Assembly: GCA_951406725.2 (NCBI GenBank)
Contig: OX597823.1
Location: 108,500,001-108,564,000 of the forward strand
Source of the DNA: Octopus vulgaris
Lineage: Eukaryota
Direction: 5' to 3'
DNA length: 64,000 bases
A program made the position numbers and the translations under genes. Positions 13,546 to 27,404 of the stretch are shown here, piece after piece; the stretch's first letter is position 1; each line of letters starts with the position of its first letter. The notes under the pieces were generated by a model. It was not told the DNA's origin, made no database searches, and saw only the letters and a list, made by a program, of their open reading frames with translations.

Positions 13546-13843
13546 CATATTCTTGTAACTATATGTATAATTCTTTAGCTGGATCACATGTCGGTTACAA
13601 TCTTTGAGATTCATGTAGCCAATAGTTCTTTAGTTAAATTCCTTGTTACTCAAGATACTTCAGTTTCTGCAATCATTATAGTTCTTGCCTATTTGTATCT
13701 TGGAATTTCAACTGTGAATGTTTCTTTCGGACATTGATTCTTTAGATTAAGTCTGGTCATTGCTGTTGATAAGACCAATCTTATCCACATACGAAATGAA
13801 TTGCTTTAGGACAAGTAAGTTTTAGTCATATTTACCTGGGATA

Positions 13844-14077
13844 AAGGCGGTGAGCAGACAGAACTGTTAGCACGCTGGGCGAAATGCATAGCTGTATTTC
13901 GTCTGCTGTTACGTTCTGAGTTCAAATTCCGCCGAGGTCAACTTTGCCTTTCATCCTTTCGGGGTTGATAAATTAAGTACCGGTTACGCACTGGGGTCGA
14001 TGTAATCGACTTAATCCATTTGTCTGTCCTTGTTTGTCCCTTCATATGTTTAGCCCCTTGTGGGTAATAAAGAAACA
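13844..14077 (+). mobile_element. Full-length SINE family A (long tail) with 17-bp TSD
   Basis: TSD catatttacctgggata at 13827-13843 and 14078-14094. Confidence 0.9.
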
Positions 14078-14894
14078 CATATTTACCTGGGATAGAATAG
14101 ATCCAGAAAACTTGGTCTACTCTAATATCTATTGTGTTGTCCTGGTTCTCTCTTGTTGGAAGAATAACTGAACTACTTGCAGACCCAATTAATTCTTTCT
14201 GTTTTATATACTGTTTCTAGAACAATTCCTAAGCTTTGTAACTCTACAGTTTGTGGCATTTATTTTCAGCATCCTGTATTCTGGTCCTATAATTCTTCAA
14301 ACCAAACCCATTTTGTGATACCTGCAACTAGTTCCTTTCAACTTAGCAGATTCTACACTATTGCAAAGATTCAACCCAAGTCTCAAATTTGAAGAAGCAT
14401 TTGTCCCTTCTTCTAGCCCCAGAAGGTTTGTGAAGAGTCTGGTCTGTCTTCCCTTCTGACTAGTTTGAACAGTGACGACTGCACTATTGTTGGGTTAAAA
14501 GCAGTGATGTTATTGGCTTTTGAACTCAGTAAAGAGAGGTTTAAACTAAATATAAAATGCATCAATGTCTTCACTCAACACAATCTTCTGATTTTAATTA
14601 GTCTTATCAATCATCTCATTTTTTATTACCTTATTTCTATTTAATCTTTTAATTCCTGTAAGCATTTTAAAACCATAGATAAAATTCTCACCTTGATGTT
14701 CCAACTGGAATTTTCCAATCCAATAAACTGAATTAATTGAATGAAAGCCTATACATACATACATATATACAGACAGTCAGACCTACATACATGCATACAC
14801 ACACACACATATACAAACACACATATACATACATATATGCTTACAACAGCTTCTAATTAATGAAAGGATTCAGAAGAAAAACAATAAAAAATTG

Positions 14895-15110
14895 CATGAA
14901 CTTATTGCAGAGTGGCTTATTGTAGAAGGCTTTTGATAGTATATGACATGGGTGGATTATCAAGACTCTTCAGTTGGCCAAAGTTTCACAACCCTTAGTG
15001 AGTGCTTTTGAATGCCTGACCAAGGCTTGATACACTACTTTGCTTCTTGGGAGCGATCTGGAGCAAATTGAGTCAGATAGCTTTCCCATATATCAGGATC
15101 ATTTGTAACA
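14895..15110 (+). pseudogene. Decayed R4/Dong-like reverse transcriptase fragment
   Basis: KAFDSI*HGWIIKTLQLAKVSQPLVSAFECLTKA*YTTL resembles the KAFDSVPHSWI..SL.LAKV...W.T.L stretch of R4-clade RTs. Confidence 0.55.
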
Positions 15111-15137
15111 CTCAAACTAAGGGTGGAAACGAAACTA

Positions 15138-15303
15138 CATCATCATCATCATCATCGTTTAACGTCCGTTTTCCATGCTAGCATGGGTTGGACGGTACGA
15201 CTGGGGTCTGGGAAGCCAGGAGGCTGCACCAGGCTCCAGTCTGATCTGGCAGTGTTTCTACAGCTGGATGCCCTTCCTAATGCCAACCACGCCGTGAGTG
15301 TAG
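15138..15303 (-). mobile_element. Repeat family C, 3' part
   Basis: (CAT)n-cgtttaacgtccgttttccatgctagcatggg...gccaaccac. Confidence 0.8.
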
Positions 15304-15399
15304 TAAAATATAAATACAAATATACAATACAAAATACAAATATACAATACAAATATCATATACAAATATACAATACAAATATAAAATACAAATATAAAT

Positions 15400-15960
15400 A
15401 TTCCATTTGTTGTAAGCCATAATCCTGGGGACCACAACATCCTACATTCGACCAAACAATACGCCCTGATTTTACAGTAATCTTCAAACCTCTTATAAAC
15501 AATTAAAGGATCACAAATCATAACCATCTGAAGACAACCACCAAATCTTACAAGACTTCTAACAAAGGCAAGATTCACATTGGAGAAAGAAATAATACAG
15601 GTAACAAGCTAGGAGATCCTTGTTGTGGAAGATGTTAAGTAATTGAACAAGGAACAATCAAAAGATTCAAGAATGAGAAGGAACAGAATGTGAATGCAAA
15701 CATAAAAATCCCATGACTACATTACATTGAGAATAACATAGAGAAACAAGAACAAAACGAACCAGTCGTGTAAAAGTGCATCAACAGCAAATAAAAGATT
15801 CGTCTCTTAGTAATGTTCCATGTATTAAACATCTAGACATTTGTACAAATGGAAAATTTAAAATATTCCCCTTTTACAAAGTAAAAGATGGAAATGATTA
15901 GCTGTGAAAAGCAAAAGAAGATTACTTTATAAGAATTCTAGGTCTGAAATTAAACCGGAA
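15400..15960 (+). pseudogene. Penelope-like element C-terminus (linker plus GIY-YIG), decayed
   Basis: IPFVVSHNPG...RQPPNLTRLLTKARF...GDPCCGRC...RVKVHQQQIKDSSLSNVPCIKHLDICTNGKFKIFPFYKV...KEDYFIRILGLKLNR, with stops and frameshifts. Confidence 0.75.
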
Positions 15961-16169
15961 ATGGTTAACACCATTACTAAAACAACTTCCTCTATACACA
16001 TTAGCCTAGAATATGAGTGGTTGAAAAGTTGAACAATGAAAGCGCTTACACACAAAATATTTACTATACATGAGATTCTTCCTCAAATGTTAGTGACATT
16101 CTGTTAAATAATTATTTTAAAGTAGTTAATAACTTTAAAAAAAATTTCTTTCCCAATTATATATATATA

Positions 16170-16543
16170 CATAATCAAAATAAGCAACAGGGATATCCAA
16201 GGTAGAGTAGTACAATTGTTTCATGCTACTTCATTTTATCAAAATGTCGAGCAATCTTCAGCCACATATAGAATTTTCCAATTAAATGGACAATGCACAT
16301 TCTTATCCCTATTTCATTTCTATATGTGGCTGAAGATTGCTCAACATTTTAAAATTGATGTAATACTTACAGTGTTTAATAAAATGAAGTAGCATGAAAC
16401 AATTGTACTACTCTACCTTGGATATCCCTGTTGCTTATTTTGATTATGATCACCCCATTTGATTTATATGGATAATACTATACAAAATTCTTGTGCCTTT
16501 AACTCAAGTATCATATTCATCTGAATCTAAATTTTGCTGAACT
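16170..16543 (+). mobile_element. (TA)n-flanked fold-back element carrying hammerhead ribozymes on both strands (PLE pLTR-like)
   Basis: Arms 16170-16273 and 16318-16448 are inverted copies. Plus-strand HHR: gtgg-CTGAAGA-ttgct..agcat-GAAAC-aatt-GTA-ctac (16326-16411). Minus-strand copy at 16207-16265. Confidence 0.75.
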
Positions 16544-16634
16544 TATATATATATATATATTTTTTTGAAATAGACAGACAGACTGACAGACAGATAGATG
16601 GATAGATAGATGGATAGATAGATAGATAGATAAG

Positions 16635-19269
16635 TTTCTTTATTGGCCACACAGGGCTGCACACAGATGGGACAAGTTACAAGGTAGAGCTTTTCTTTTG
16701 GGGGATGAAAAAAACAAAAAACAAAAGAAACAAAAAAAAAGGGGGTGGCGTAGGTTTTCAATCAAGAGGGATCCTAAAAGGGAAGAAAAGAACAAAAAAA
16801 ATAATAATAAAATAAAAAGAAAAAAAAAGAAAAGGAAAAGGAACAAAAGAAAAGAGTAATGAAAAGAGAAGAAAGAAGGGGAAAAAAAGGGGAAGAGGAA
16901 AAAAAAACGGTCAATAGGGATCGTGTATCACAGTGTTATGATATATGGTGTAAAGGGGAAAGCAAGTAAGGTTTATCCGTGGGAAGAAAAGCCTACGAAA
17001 AAGACCACGGTAACCTTGGTAAATATTGTTATATGTTACCACATTTGTTTGCAAGTGGGTAACCCTCTGTTTTCAATTTCTGGGTTCATAGGATTATGCT
17101 CAAGGTGGCTTCGTCATTCATACGTGCCATCCTTGCTACATTCATCCATCTTTTTTTAAAACATTCGCTAGACAAAACTTGCCTCTCTACTCTCACTTTC
17201 CTTTTCAAGTGGTACTTGAAGAAGTTGATGAGAGGTTGACCAGAGAGGAAAGTGTTTGTCTCCAATCCTTTCAGACGCGTTCACCAGATACATTTTTTTG
17301 CCATAGCCACAAGGATGATGAAAATAGCTCTTCCTTCCCGTTTGAAGGAAGGAGGCGTGACAATATTGACGATAGACTCAGCTGATAAACCGACTCGTCC
17401 CACATGTGACAGCAGTTGTTCGACATAAGCCCACAGGTCGGAAATTGTTAGACACTGCACGAGTGCGTGCAGAACGGTTTCATCGCTCTGACCGCATCTC
17501 GGGCAGGTCGGCCCCGTGTTTCTCGAGCCGTGTCTGTAGAGCTTATTCCGAACGGGTAGTGCTTCTCGGTAGCACTGCCAGGCCAGGGATCTCTGGAAGT
17601 TGTCCATGGGCCCTGGCCCGAAAGTCGTCCCGAATAGGCGGGTCAGGTACTCCTCGTCGACGTCCAGGTTCGCCCCGAGCTTGTCGTCGTACCTCCCCTC
17701 CACTAATCACCTATAGAATGCTTTGGTTGTGATGAACTCACTCAAGGTCGACCCAGGATGGCAGAGTTGCTTGAGAGCAACGCGACACTCGCGGTGCCAT
17801 TCGCCCTTCCTCAGCCTCTTTTTGATCCACCACTGCAGTTCGGTCATGGAGACGAGCTGCGGGAAAGCGTGCCTCACAAACGGTGACCACACCTGTTCAA
17901 CGTCGTCTACGAAGAGCCTGAGATGTCGCAGTCTCAGCGCGTGTCTGCACATCATCAACCACGGCATGCCCAGTCCTCCTTTTAACGGGTGTTGACAGCA
18001 AATGGATCGCCTGACCACCGGGACGCATCCTTTCCACAAGAAGCGAAAGAGAATGCATTGTAGTTTAGTGATGGTAGGGTCGGGACAAGGCACGACGGTC
18101 AGGCGGTAGTAGATGACGGACGCGATGTACGTGTTCACCACCTCTGCCCGACCTTTTAGGGACAGTTTCCTCTCGGCCCATTGCCGGGCAAGAGTGACAA
18201 CCCTACTCGTTATCTCATTCCAGTTCTTCTCCACATGGAGGTCCGGACCAAACCAGACCCTGAGCAACTCAACTGGGCTGTCGGTCCAGCGTCCCACGAC
18301 GGAGGCGCTGGTAGACAGCATGGGCTTGCTTCTCCAGGTGCCTAGTCGCAAGCCCACTGACTTTTCCCGGTTGATTTTCGCTCCTGTCACCACTTCGTAG
18401 TTTTTCAGTGCCTCGCCGACCTGCTCGATGTGCTCGTGGCTAGACACTATGACGGTGACGTCGTCCACGTATGCAGACACGCTCGTCCCGCATCCCAGTT
18501 CTCGCGGGATGCCCCTCAAAGTTGCCAGCTTCCGCAATAATGGCTCGAGAGTCAATATGTATAGAAGCGACGAGAGGGGGCATCCCTGATGAACCGAACA
18601 TGCGATGTCGAAGGGTCTCGATAGATGTCCATTCACGCGAATTACCGAACGGATGCCTCTGTACAAAGCGGCTATCCAGCCACGGAAGACGGGACTGAAG
18701 CCAGCCGCTCTGAGGACCGCCTCCAAGTATCGATGGTCCACCCTATCGAAAGCTTTCGATTGATCCAAATTGATCAGTGCCCCACCCATGCCAGGTTCGT
18801 TAACTACCCTGTCTATGATGTAGCGCATCAGGTGGAGGTTGTCATGGATCGTCCGGCCCGGCACGGCGCATGTTTGCGCCTTGTCGACTAGTTTCTCGAT
18901 GACAAGTGCCAACCTCTTGGCTAGCACCTTGGCCAAAGTTTTCAAGTCTGCATTAAGCAGAGTGATGGGCCTAAAGTTATCTATTACATTTCCCTTGTTT
19001 AGATCTTTCTTCAGCAGTGTTACGGCTCCTCGATTCACAAAACCAGGAATGCTCCCGTTTTGCTGCCAGTTGCAGTACACCACCGTCAAGAGATCTCCAA
19101 ACAAGTCTGGCATACAATTGTAAAGCTCGTAGGGTAGACCATCCAAACCCGGTGATTTGTCCCTCGAGCATTCTGCCATCGCGTCCTGCACTTCCACCGC
19201 CGTGATGGCACCTTCGCAGCACCCTGCCTTTCTTGTCGAGAGTTGTGGTAGGCTATGTAGGTAGGCACT
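16635..19269 (-). mobile_element. 5'-truncated L1/Tx1-clade LINE
   Basis: RT motifs KSPGLDGLPYE, FRPITLLNADLK, LDQSKAFDRVDH, VHQGCPLS, AYVDD; zf-RVT-type CPRC...ETVLHALVQC; T-rich 3' UTR ending AATAAA followed by (TATC)n. Confidence 0.92.
17086..19269 (-). pseudogene. ORF2 (RT plus C-terminal zinc finger) of the L1/Tx1-like LINE, disrupted
   Basis: ORFs 17707..19320 and 17281..17703 are joined by a frameshift near 17705. Premature TGA at 17281-17283; read-through continues TRLKGLETNTF...KKRWMNVARMARMNDEATLSIIL to a stop at 17086-17088. Endonuclease domain absent. Confidence 0.88.
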
Positions 19270-19579
19270 AGATATATGATGCAAAGTCTCACTCTGAGCT
19301 AAATAAGAATGTAAACACATTCTTTCTGTTCTATTGATGTGCAGAAACGAAAAAGGGATAAATAAAAGAGTGTTTCCTGATGGACCATTTCAAAGTTAGC
19401 CGATCACTCCTCAGGGATGACCACCTCCCTTCCCCAATCAAGAACATAGATCCTTTGCTCTTAAAGCAGTCATGAATCAGTCTAGCAACATGGTGGCTCA
19501 GCCTAATTTGTATAGTTTACTTCTGACAAGACTTCATTAATCAAACAATATATATTTATGCAAAACACAATGTAAATGA

Positions 19580-19717
19580 TGCAGCATGAAGTTTTGTCAG
19601 TAAACGGGTTGCGGTCTCAAAGTGAGGAAAATATTTTGACAAATTAAACTTAAATGTTGAAGTGAATCGAACAGCTTTTGTGTGTTTCTTAAATGGCTTA
19701 TAAACACCTTCCACGCT
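19580..19717 (+). mobile_element. Short retroposed fragment of the family at 46727-46990, with a decayed variant hammerhead and TSD
   Basis: Closely similar to 46729-46867; 13-bp direct repeat acaatgtaaatga at 19567-19579 and 19718-19730. Confidence 0.75.
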
Positions 19718-19979
19718 ACAATGTAAATGAGAACTGAAATACCTTTAAGTATTATAAAACTTCAATGTGAGTTAAATAAGAATGTGGACACATTCCTTCT
19801 TTAGTGTGAACATGGGATAAAAACACAAAGAGGAACTCTCATGGACAATTTCAGGGTTTGTTTATAGCTCATCCTTCTTTTTTGGCAGTGAATTGAAATG
19901 AGTTCTTATTTAGCCATGAGTAAAGCTATGAAATCAGTTCTTTTTCACTTCTTCTGACCTACAGAATACTATACCTCTA

Positions 19980-20232
<253 letters not shown>

Positions 20233-21103
20233 CACACACACACACCTATACTCACATTCTTAAAACTCTATCTCTTTCTACAGTCATATAAATTACTGCA
20301 TTAACGTCATCATTATATTCCAATTTCCTGCATTAACAATCATAATTCCACACCAAAATATCTCACTTTCACATATAAGAATCTTAAATTTATTTCTACA
20401 ATTTTCCAAACGTATTCTTCATTCATATATGGTTTCTGTGACATTTTCTTTAATTCCTTCAGTGAAACGCCATTTTCACATAACATCTGCAAGTCAAATC
20501 ATCTTTCTTCTCCGTTTCTACAGTTAGTTAATACAATTGTATGTTCAAAAACAAATAGTTCTTTAAATTGAGTGCAATCGTTACCACAAGAACTTTGATA
20601 CCGCTAACCATTTTCAGTTTGCCTCTGACTAAATTGCCATTTCTATATTCCATCAGTGATCATTGCAACCATTTCTATAATTCTGCAGTTAAGCAATATT
20701 CTTCTTCTTCTTCTTCTTCTTCTTCTTCTTCTTCTTCTTCTTCTTCTTCTTCTTCTTCTTCTTCTTCTTCGTCTCCTCCTCCTCCTCCTCCTCATCATCA
20801 TCATCATCATTATTGCTTCTGTGAGTTCTACTGAAATATTTCAATTCTAGTCAATAGTTTTGTTTTCTTTTGTTCTTCAAAATTAATCGACAATATATTT
20901 TAGTGAACTGCTGTTGCTGCTGCTGCTGGTGTTGTTGCCCCCCCTCCAACCCAGCCTCCCCTCCCCTCATCACCCAGCCTCCTCCTCCTCCTCTTCTTCT
21001 TTTTCTTCTTCTTCTTCTCCTTCTTTTTCTTCTTCTTCTTCGTCTTCTTCAGTAGTTGTAATAGTAGAACATAATTTGGTTTTAAAAGAAAGTATATATA
21101 TAT

Positions 21104-21149
<46 letters not shown>

Positions 21150-21161
21150 GTATGTATATAA

Positions 21162-21200
<39 letters not shown>

Positions 21201-21287
21201 CACATACATATATGAGTGTGTGTGTGTGTATGTATATTTGTATGTGTATATATATGTATATAAATATAAATATATATAAAACAACAA

Positions 21288-21470
<183 letters not shown>

Positions 21471-21761
21471 ATAAAAATTAACATTTTTCAGATCTTTAAC
21501 AGTTCGATAAAGTAATTTCATTTTTATGACTCTGCCGTTATGTTTATTATTGTTATTGTTGTTCTATAAGTATGGTTGGCTGGCTGGCTGGCTGGCTGGT
21601 TGGTGGTGGTAAAGATTATTTATTTTTATTATATTTTTCTATTATTAATTTCCAATTTTTCACCATTTTCCTTAGTCTTTTGTACTATTCACTTGTTTTG
21701 CTTTGAATTTACGTTTAATTTTATTTTTTTATGTTATTTTTACACTTCACATTCCCTTATG

Positions 21762-21799
<38 letters not shown>

Positions 21800-21873
21800 T
21801 TTTATTTATTTTTGCTTTCATTTTTAAAAGTCTAATATACTTATTTTATTTTATATTCTACAATAATAACCGA

Positions 21874-22204
21874 CATCACCATCATCATCATCAACACCAT
21901 TATCACCGCTATCAGCATCATCATCAGCACTACCCTCATCGTTGCCATCCTCCTCCTCCTCATCATCATCATCACCCTCATCCTCATCAACATCATCATC
22001 AACATCATCATAATCATCATCATCATCAACACCATTATCACTGCTATCAGCATTATCATCAGCACTACCCTCATCGTTGCCATCCTCCCCCTCATCATCA
22101 TCATCATCATCATCACCCTCATCCTCATCAACATCATCATCAACATCATCATCATCATCATCATAATCATCACCACCACCACCACCAACACCACCACCAC
22201 CACC

Positions 22205-22238
<34 letters not shown>

Positions 22239-22243
22239 TCATC
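21874..22243. repeat. (CAT/CAC)n compound repeat with an internal duplication of about 135 bp
   Basis: caacaccattatcacygctatcagcatyatcatcagcactaccctcatcgttgccatcctcc occurs twice (about 21892 and 22027). Confidence 0.85.
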
Positions 22244-23014
22244 AGTAGTAATATCATTTTCTTATTTTTCATTGGCCATATAAATCAGTCTGTTTGTTAG
22301 TCATTGTTGTTGTTGTTGTCGTTGTTAGCCGCAGTGTGTGAGAATATTGGATTTTTAATAGTGTTGTGCACATTTTCACGTGTCATAATTAAATGGTGCA
22401 ATGTGGTAACGATGCAAGCCGAGATATTATATGCAGCGTGAAGGAAACGGTAATTGAACAAGGATTTTTACCACAGATACTAAGTCACTTAGATGTACTC
22501 CATAATATGTAAACCTGATATGAAATGGGAAAGAAATACATATGAATGTAGTTAGGTAGGTAGGTAGGTGGCTAGGTAGGTATACATGTATATGTGCTTG
22601 TGTGTTTGTGCATACACTCACACACAAACATTCACATATGCATGTGCATACACATGCACATACACAAATGCATACATATGTACAAAGAGAGAGAGAGAGA
22701 GAGAGATTGAAAGGTTTGAAATGATAAATACTTATCTAAAAACTAGTGAGATATAGAAATAGATATTTGTGCAACCAGATGGATAGGTAGATAAATAGAT
22801 AAGTAGGTAAATAGGCAGGTAGGTAGATAGAGGGGCGGGTAGATATTTATTTGTCTACTGATAAATACAAGTGAAGAGGTAGGAAGGAAACTAGATAGAG
22901 AGGTTGAAAGGTGAATATATATATATATATATATATATCGATAGATGGGTAGATATAAAGGTAGGTAGACAGAAAGTGAAACTTGCTAATGTATATATGT
23001 ATGTATAAAGATCG

Positions 23015-23123
23015 ATAGATTGATAGATAGATAGATAGATAGATAGATAGGTAGGTAGGTAGGTAGGTAGGTAGGTAGGTAGGTAGGTAGATAGATAGAT
23101 AGATAGGTAGGTAGGTAGGTAGG

Positions 23124-23154
<31 letters not shown>

Positions 23155-23159
23155 GTAGG

Positions 23160-23221
<62 letters not shown>
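23015..23221. repeat. (GATA)n/(GGTA)n microsatellite
   Basis: Directly visible. Confidence 0.95.
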
Positions 23222-23222
<1 letters not shown>

Positions 23223-23789
23223 GCAGTGAGAGTGACTGATAAAGAAATACATAGATTGGAATACAGACAAAAAACAAAGAGACTGTGTCAATTATTTTAA
23301 GTTAAAGCTTGATAGACATTTCATAATTTTGAGTATCACTTCTGAGAACGTTCATCGATCATATCAGCTCCATCACTTATTTCTCTTTGGTACTTCACCA
23401 AAATCTTATTCTTAAACTGCTAAGTTAAAGGGTATAACTTTGACAACAACACCAGTTTTAAGACCAATGTAAATACAGACAAACTGACACACACACACAC
23501 ACTCAAGACTGATTTCCGTTCATACAGGTCAATTGAAAGCTATAATAGAGAGTACCATACTGAGGTACCATACTGCAGGATGATAAGATTTGGAGCAATG
23601 CAGTTGTGAAACTGACATCCTAAGTATACAGGCCATGCTTGTGTTTCTATAGATATATATTTAGAAAGATAGATATCTGAAAAATAGCCGTGTGAGTGGG
23701 GTTTAGACATAAATGGAAATTAATTAGGGCTATAATGAATATCTATGCAAAATATATTCTCTTTTTTAGTTGAAAGAAAATAACCTCTG

Positions 23790-23929
23790 GACTTTTTCTT
23801 TGTAAGACTAGTACTTACTTTATCAGTCTCTTTTGCTGAACTGCTAATTTACAGGAACTTAAACACACCAGCATTATTTGTCAAGCATTGGTGGGGGGGG
23901 GGACAAACACAGGCACAAAGACACACACA

Positions 23930-23973
<44 letters not shown>

Positions 23974-24137
23974 CACATACATACAACAGACTTCTTTCAG
24001 TTTCCATTTACCAAATCCACTCATAAGGCTTTAGTCAGCCTGAGGCTATAGTAGAAGACACCCAAGGTGCCATGCAGTAGGACTGAACCCAGAACTATGT
24101 GATTGAGAAGCAAGCTTTTTACCACATAGCCACACCT
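23790..24137 (-). mobile_element. SINE family B
   Basis: Matches the family B body and head in reverse. Confidence 0.8.
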
Positions 24138-24191
24138 AATGAATCTCATACGTTTTCACATATAATGAAAATATACACATATCTATCTTAA

Positions 24192-24406
24192 CCCTTTAGA
24201 ATTCAGATTACTTTGCCAAATGTGATGTTTAATCACATTGCTTTGAATTAATCATGGAATATTTTATAGCTTTGCGGTTTCATTAATGTTATTGTTTATA
24301 TTCAGAATGACATTGTAGGGTGGATGTGAGAGGTCAGATATGGCCAATTTAACATATAACAGGAAGAATATTTGGGATGGATATGGCTGGTTTAAATGCT
24401 AAAAGG
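24192..24406. mobile_element. piggyBac-like MITE
   Basis: TTAA|CCCTTTAGAATTCA...TTTAAATGCTAAAAGG|TTAT: imperfect TIRs and a TTAA-type target. Confidence 0.65.
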
Positions 24407-24933
24407 TTATGGTAACCTTGTAGAACATGTAGATGCTTCCACAATGACTTGTACTTTTTTAGCAACTGTACAAAAAAAGAGGGATTTCTATAACCAGCAG
24501 GTATTTTTGAAGAAGGAATATATAGTGACTGAAATGTACAGGAGTAACAAAGCAGGTGCACTGTCTTATTGAGGTAGTGAAAATCTCCCCAGAATGCACA
24601 ATAAGGATAAATTTTTAAATTAGAGAAGTTACAGGAACATATAAGAAGACGGAAGCAAGTGTGGTTCCATACAATGAAAAAGAAAAAAAAAATGTTTTAT
24701 CAGCAACTATTAAAAAAATCTACCCAGATTAATATCCTGGGGTAGATATTAAGTTAGAGAACCTAAAATAGCTAAGAGTGATTTATGTGATATCGAGACA
24801 TATGAACCACAAAAGGCACATTCTAATTGCAGTGTTTATTCACTGAGAGTGTTCTATAATTAATTAGAAACATCAATAAAATTTTGGGGTATGTGTATTT
24901 GTATGTATATACATACCTATGTATACTTGCATA

Positions 24934-25033
<100 letters not shown>

Positions 25034-25898
25034 TACACAAACACAAACATATCAATTGATGTACAATGAAATAAAGGCGAGGGAATTTATCAAATGAAGT
25101 ATCAAAATGATATTCAGCCATTTCTTCAACCAGTAAAAATATATATTCCTTTCCGTGTAAGTATTAATCCCATCTTTTGAAAACGACTGTTTTGACCCTT
25201 AAGTTGTGCGATTTGATCCTTCATAAATGTACACTTTTTACATTCAGAAAATGAACATTTGACTAACAGAAAATGTGCATTTTGATCTCTGGAATAAAAT
25301 ATACCTTTTCATCACTGGAAAATAGATGCACATTTCCATCTAACCCCTAAAAGATCAAATCCCTCCATATAAATATTCACGGGTATTCTTATTATGCAGA
25401 TTTGAACTTTCTCCATAAACTTGCAGCAATGGTTTGCTTCTAAAATATATTAACTTTCCTTGTTGTTAATATCTAATATACATATTTTTACGCATAACCT
25501 CAGCCTTCTATATTGCTCTTTTTTCCTCAGAAATCTACAATACGCGCTCTCACCAAAAGTAAATAGTGTCTTTGTTATGGCTGCAGCTGTTTAAGTAAAA
25601 TAATGTTGCAAGCTATTAGCTAAAGGATTGAGAATTTGTATCTTGCATCACATTTATTGCTGATACATGTAGTTCTCAATAGCTCATGCGAACAGTTAAT
25701 AGGCATAATGATGAGGTACAATTTAACACCATAAGTAAAGCAATATATTTGTGTATTTTACAAATATATTATAAGATTTCATTCTAATTTTCTGTTTCCT
25801 CCATGATCTGTTAGTTATGGCGTTTGCTTGGTTAATTCATCTTTAAAATATTACAGTAAGGGGTAAAGAAGTTAGCTTGGTTAATTTACCTTAAGCAT

Positions 25899-25999
25899 CA
25901 ACATCATCATTGTTCGACTGTGGTCGAGACAATGGAATTTACCATGCTACGCCAGACTTCACGGTCCATCGGATGCCTGTATCCCTGGATAGTCATATC
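25899..25999 (-). mobile_element. RTE-like LINE 3'-end insertion with 10-bp TSD
   Basis: Reverse strand reads MDREVWRSMVNSIVSTTVEQ* followed by (GAT)n; TSD ccttaagcat at 25889-25898 and 26000-26009. Confidence 0.7.
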
Positions 26000-26580
26000 C
26001 CTTAAGCATACTCATCCTGATAGTTTGGTTAACCCATCGTAAATATACTGATGACAACATAAGGTAACAGAGTTGCTTGGTTAACCCGATTTAAGCATAC
26101 CATGCTATCTACAAACTATTGAAGGACCCTTGAGTTCAGCATGATAATCCTACCATAAAAACAAAAGAGCTGTTTGAGTATCATATGACCAGCAAGCTTT
26201 CCTCCATCAGTTTTGAATTTCCTCAGAGTCTCCTGTTCCATTATCAATACAATCCCAACCAACTTTTGAGAATATTTTTCTTATTCATTTCGTCTCAAAC
26301 AAAAATGACTCAATCAAAATGTTCCAAACAAAGCTGAGCACCAATTCCTTCAAATTCACTTCATGGGAGATACCACTGAGCAAACGCCTTGCTGAGCTCA
26401 GGTGGCACCTGGTACAAAGTGAAAAAAATACCACCAAAGCAACTTAAACCATCCAAAGTACATACATAAGTTTGTATATATGTGTGTATGTATGTATATA
26501 TTATGACAGAAATACCTACATGTGGGGATATATACATATGTGTGTGGGTGTGTATATATATATATATATATATATACACA

Positions 26581-27404
<824 letters not shown>

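Noticed and set aside
13570-14520. Possible decayed coding sequence (LINE ORF1-like) on the minus strand
   Set aside because: Stops in all frames and no recognisable motif
21703-22248. His-rich 181-aa ORF
   Set aside because: A (CAT)n repeat with a local duplication
22272-22456. TATA box plus first exon MVQCGNDASRDIICSVKET|gtaatt
   Set aside because: The motifs are short and common in AT-rich DNA and the peptide is not recognised; kept only as part of the long-range pairing finding
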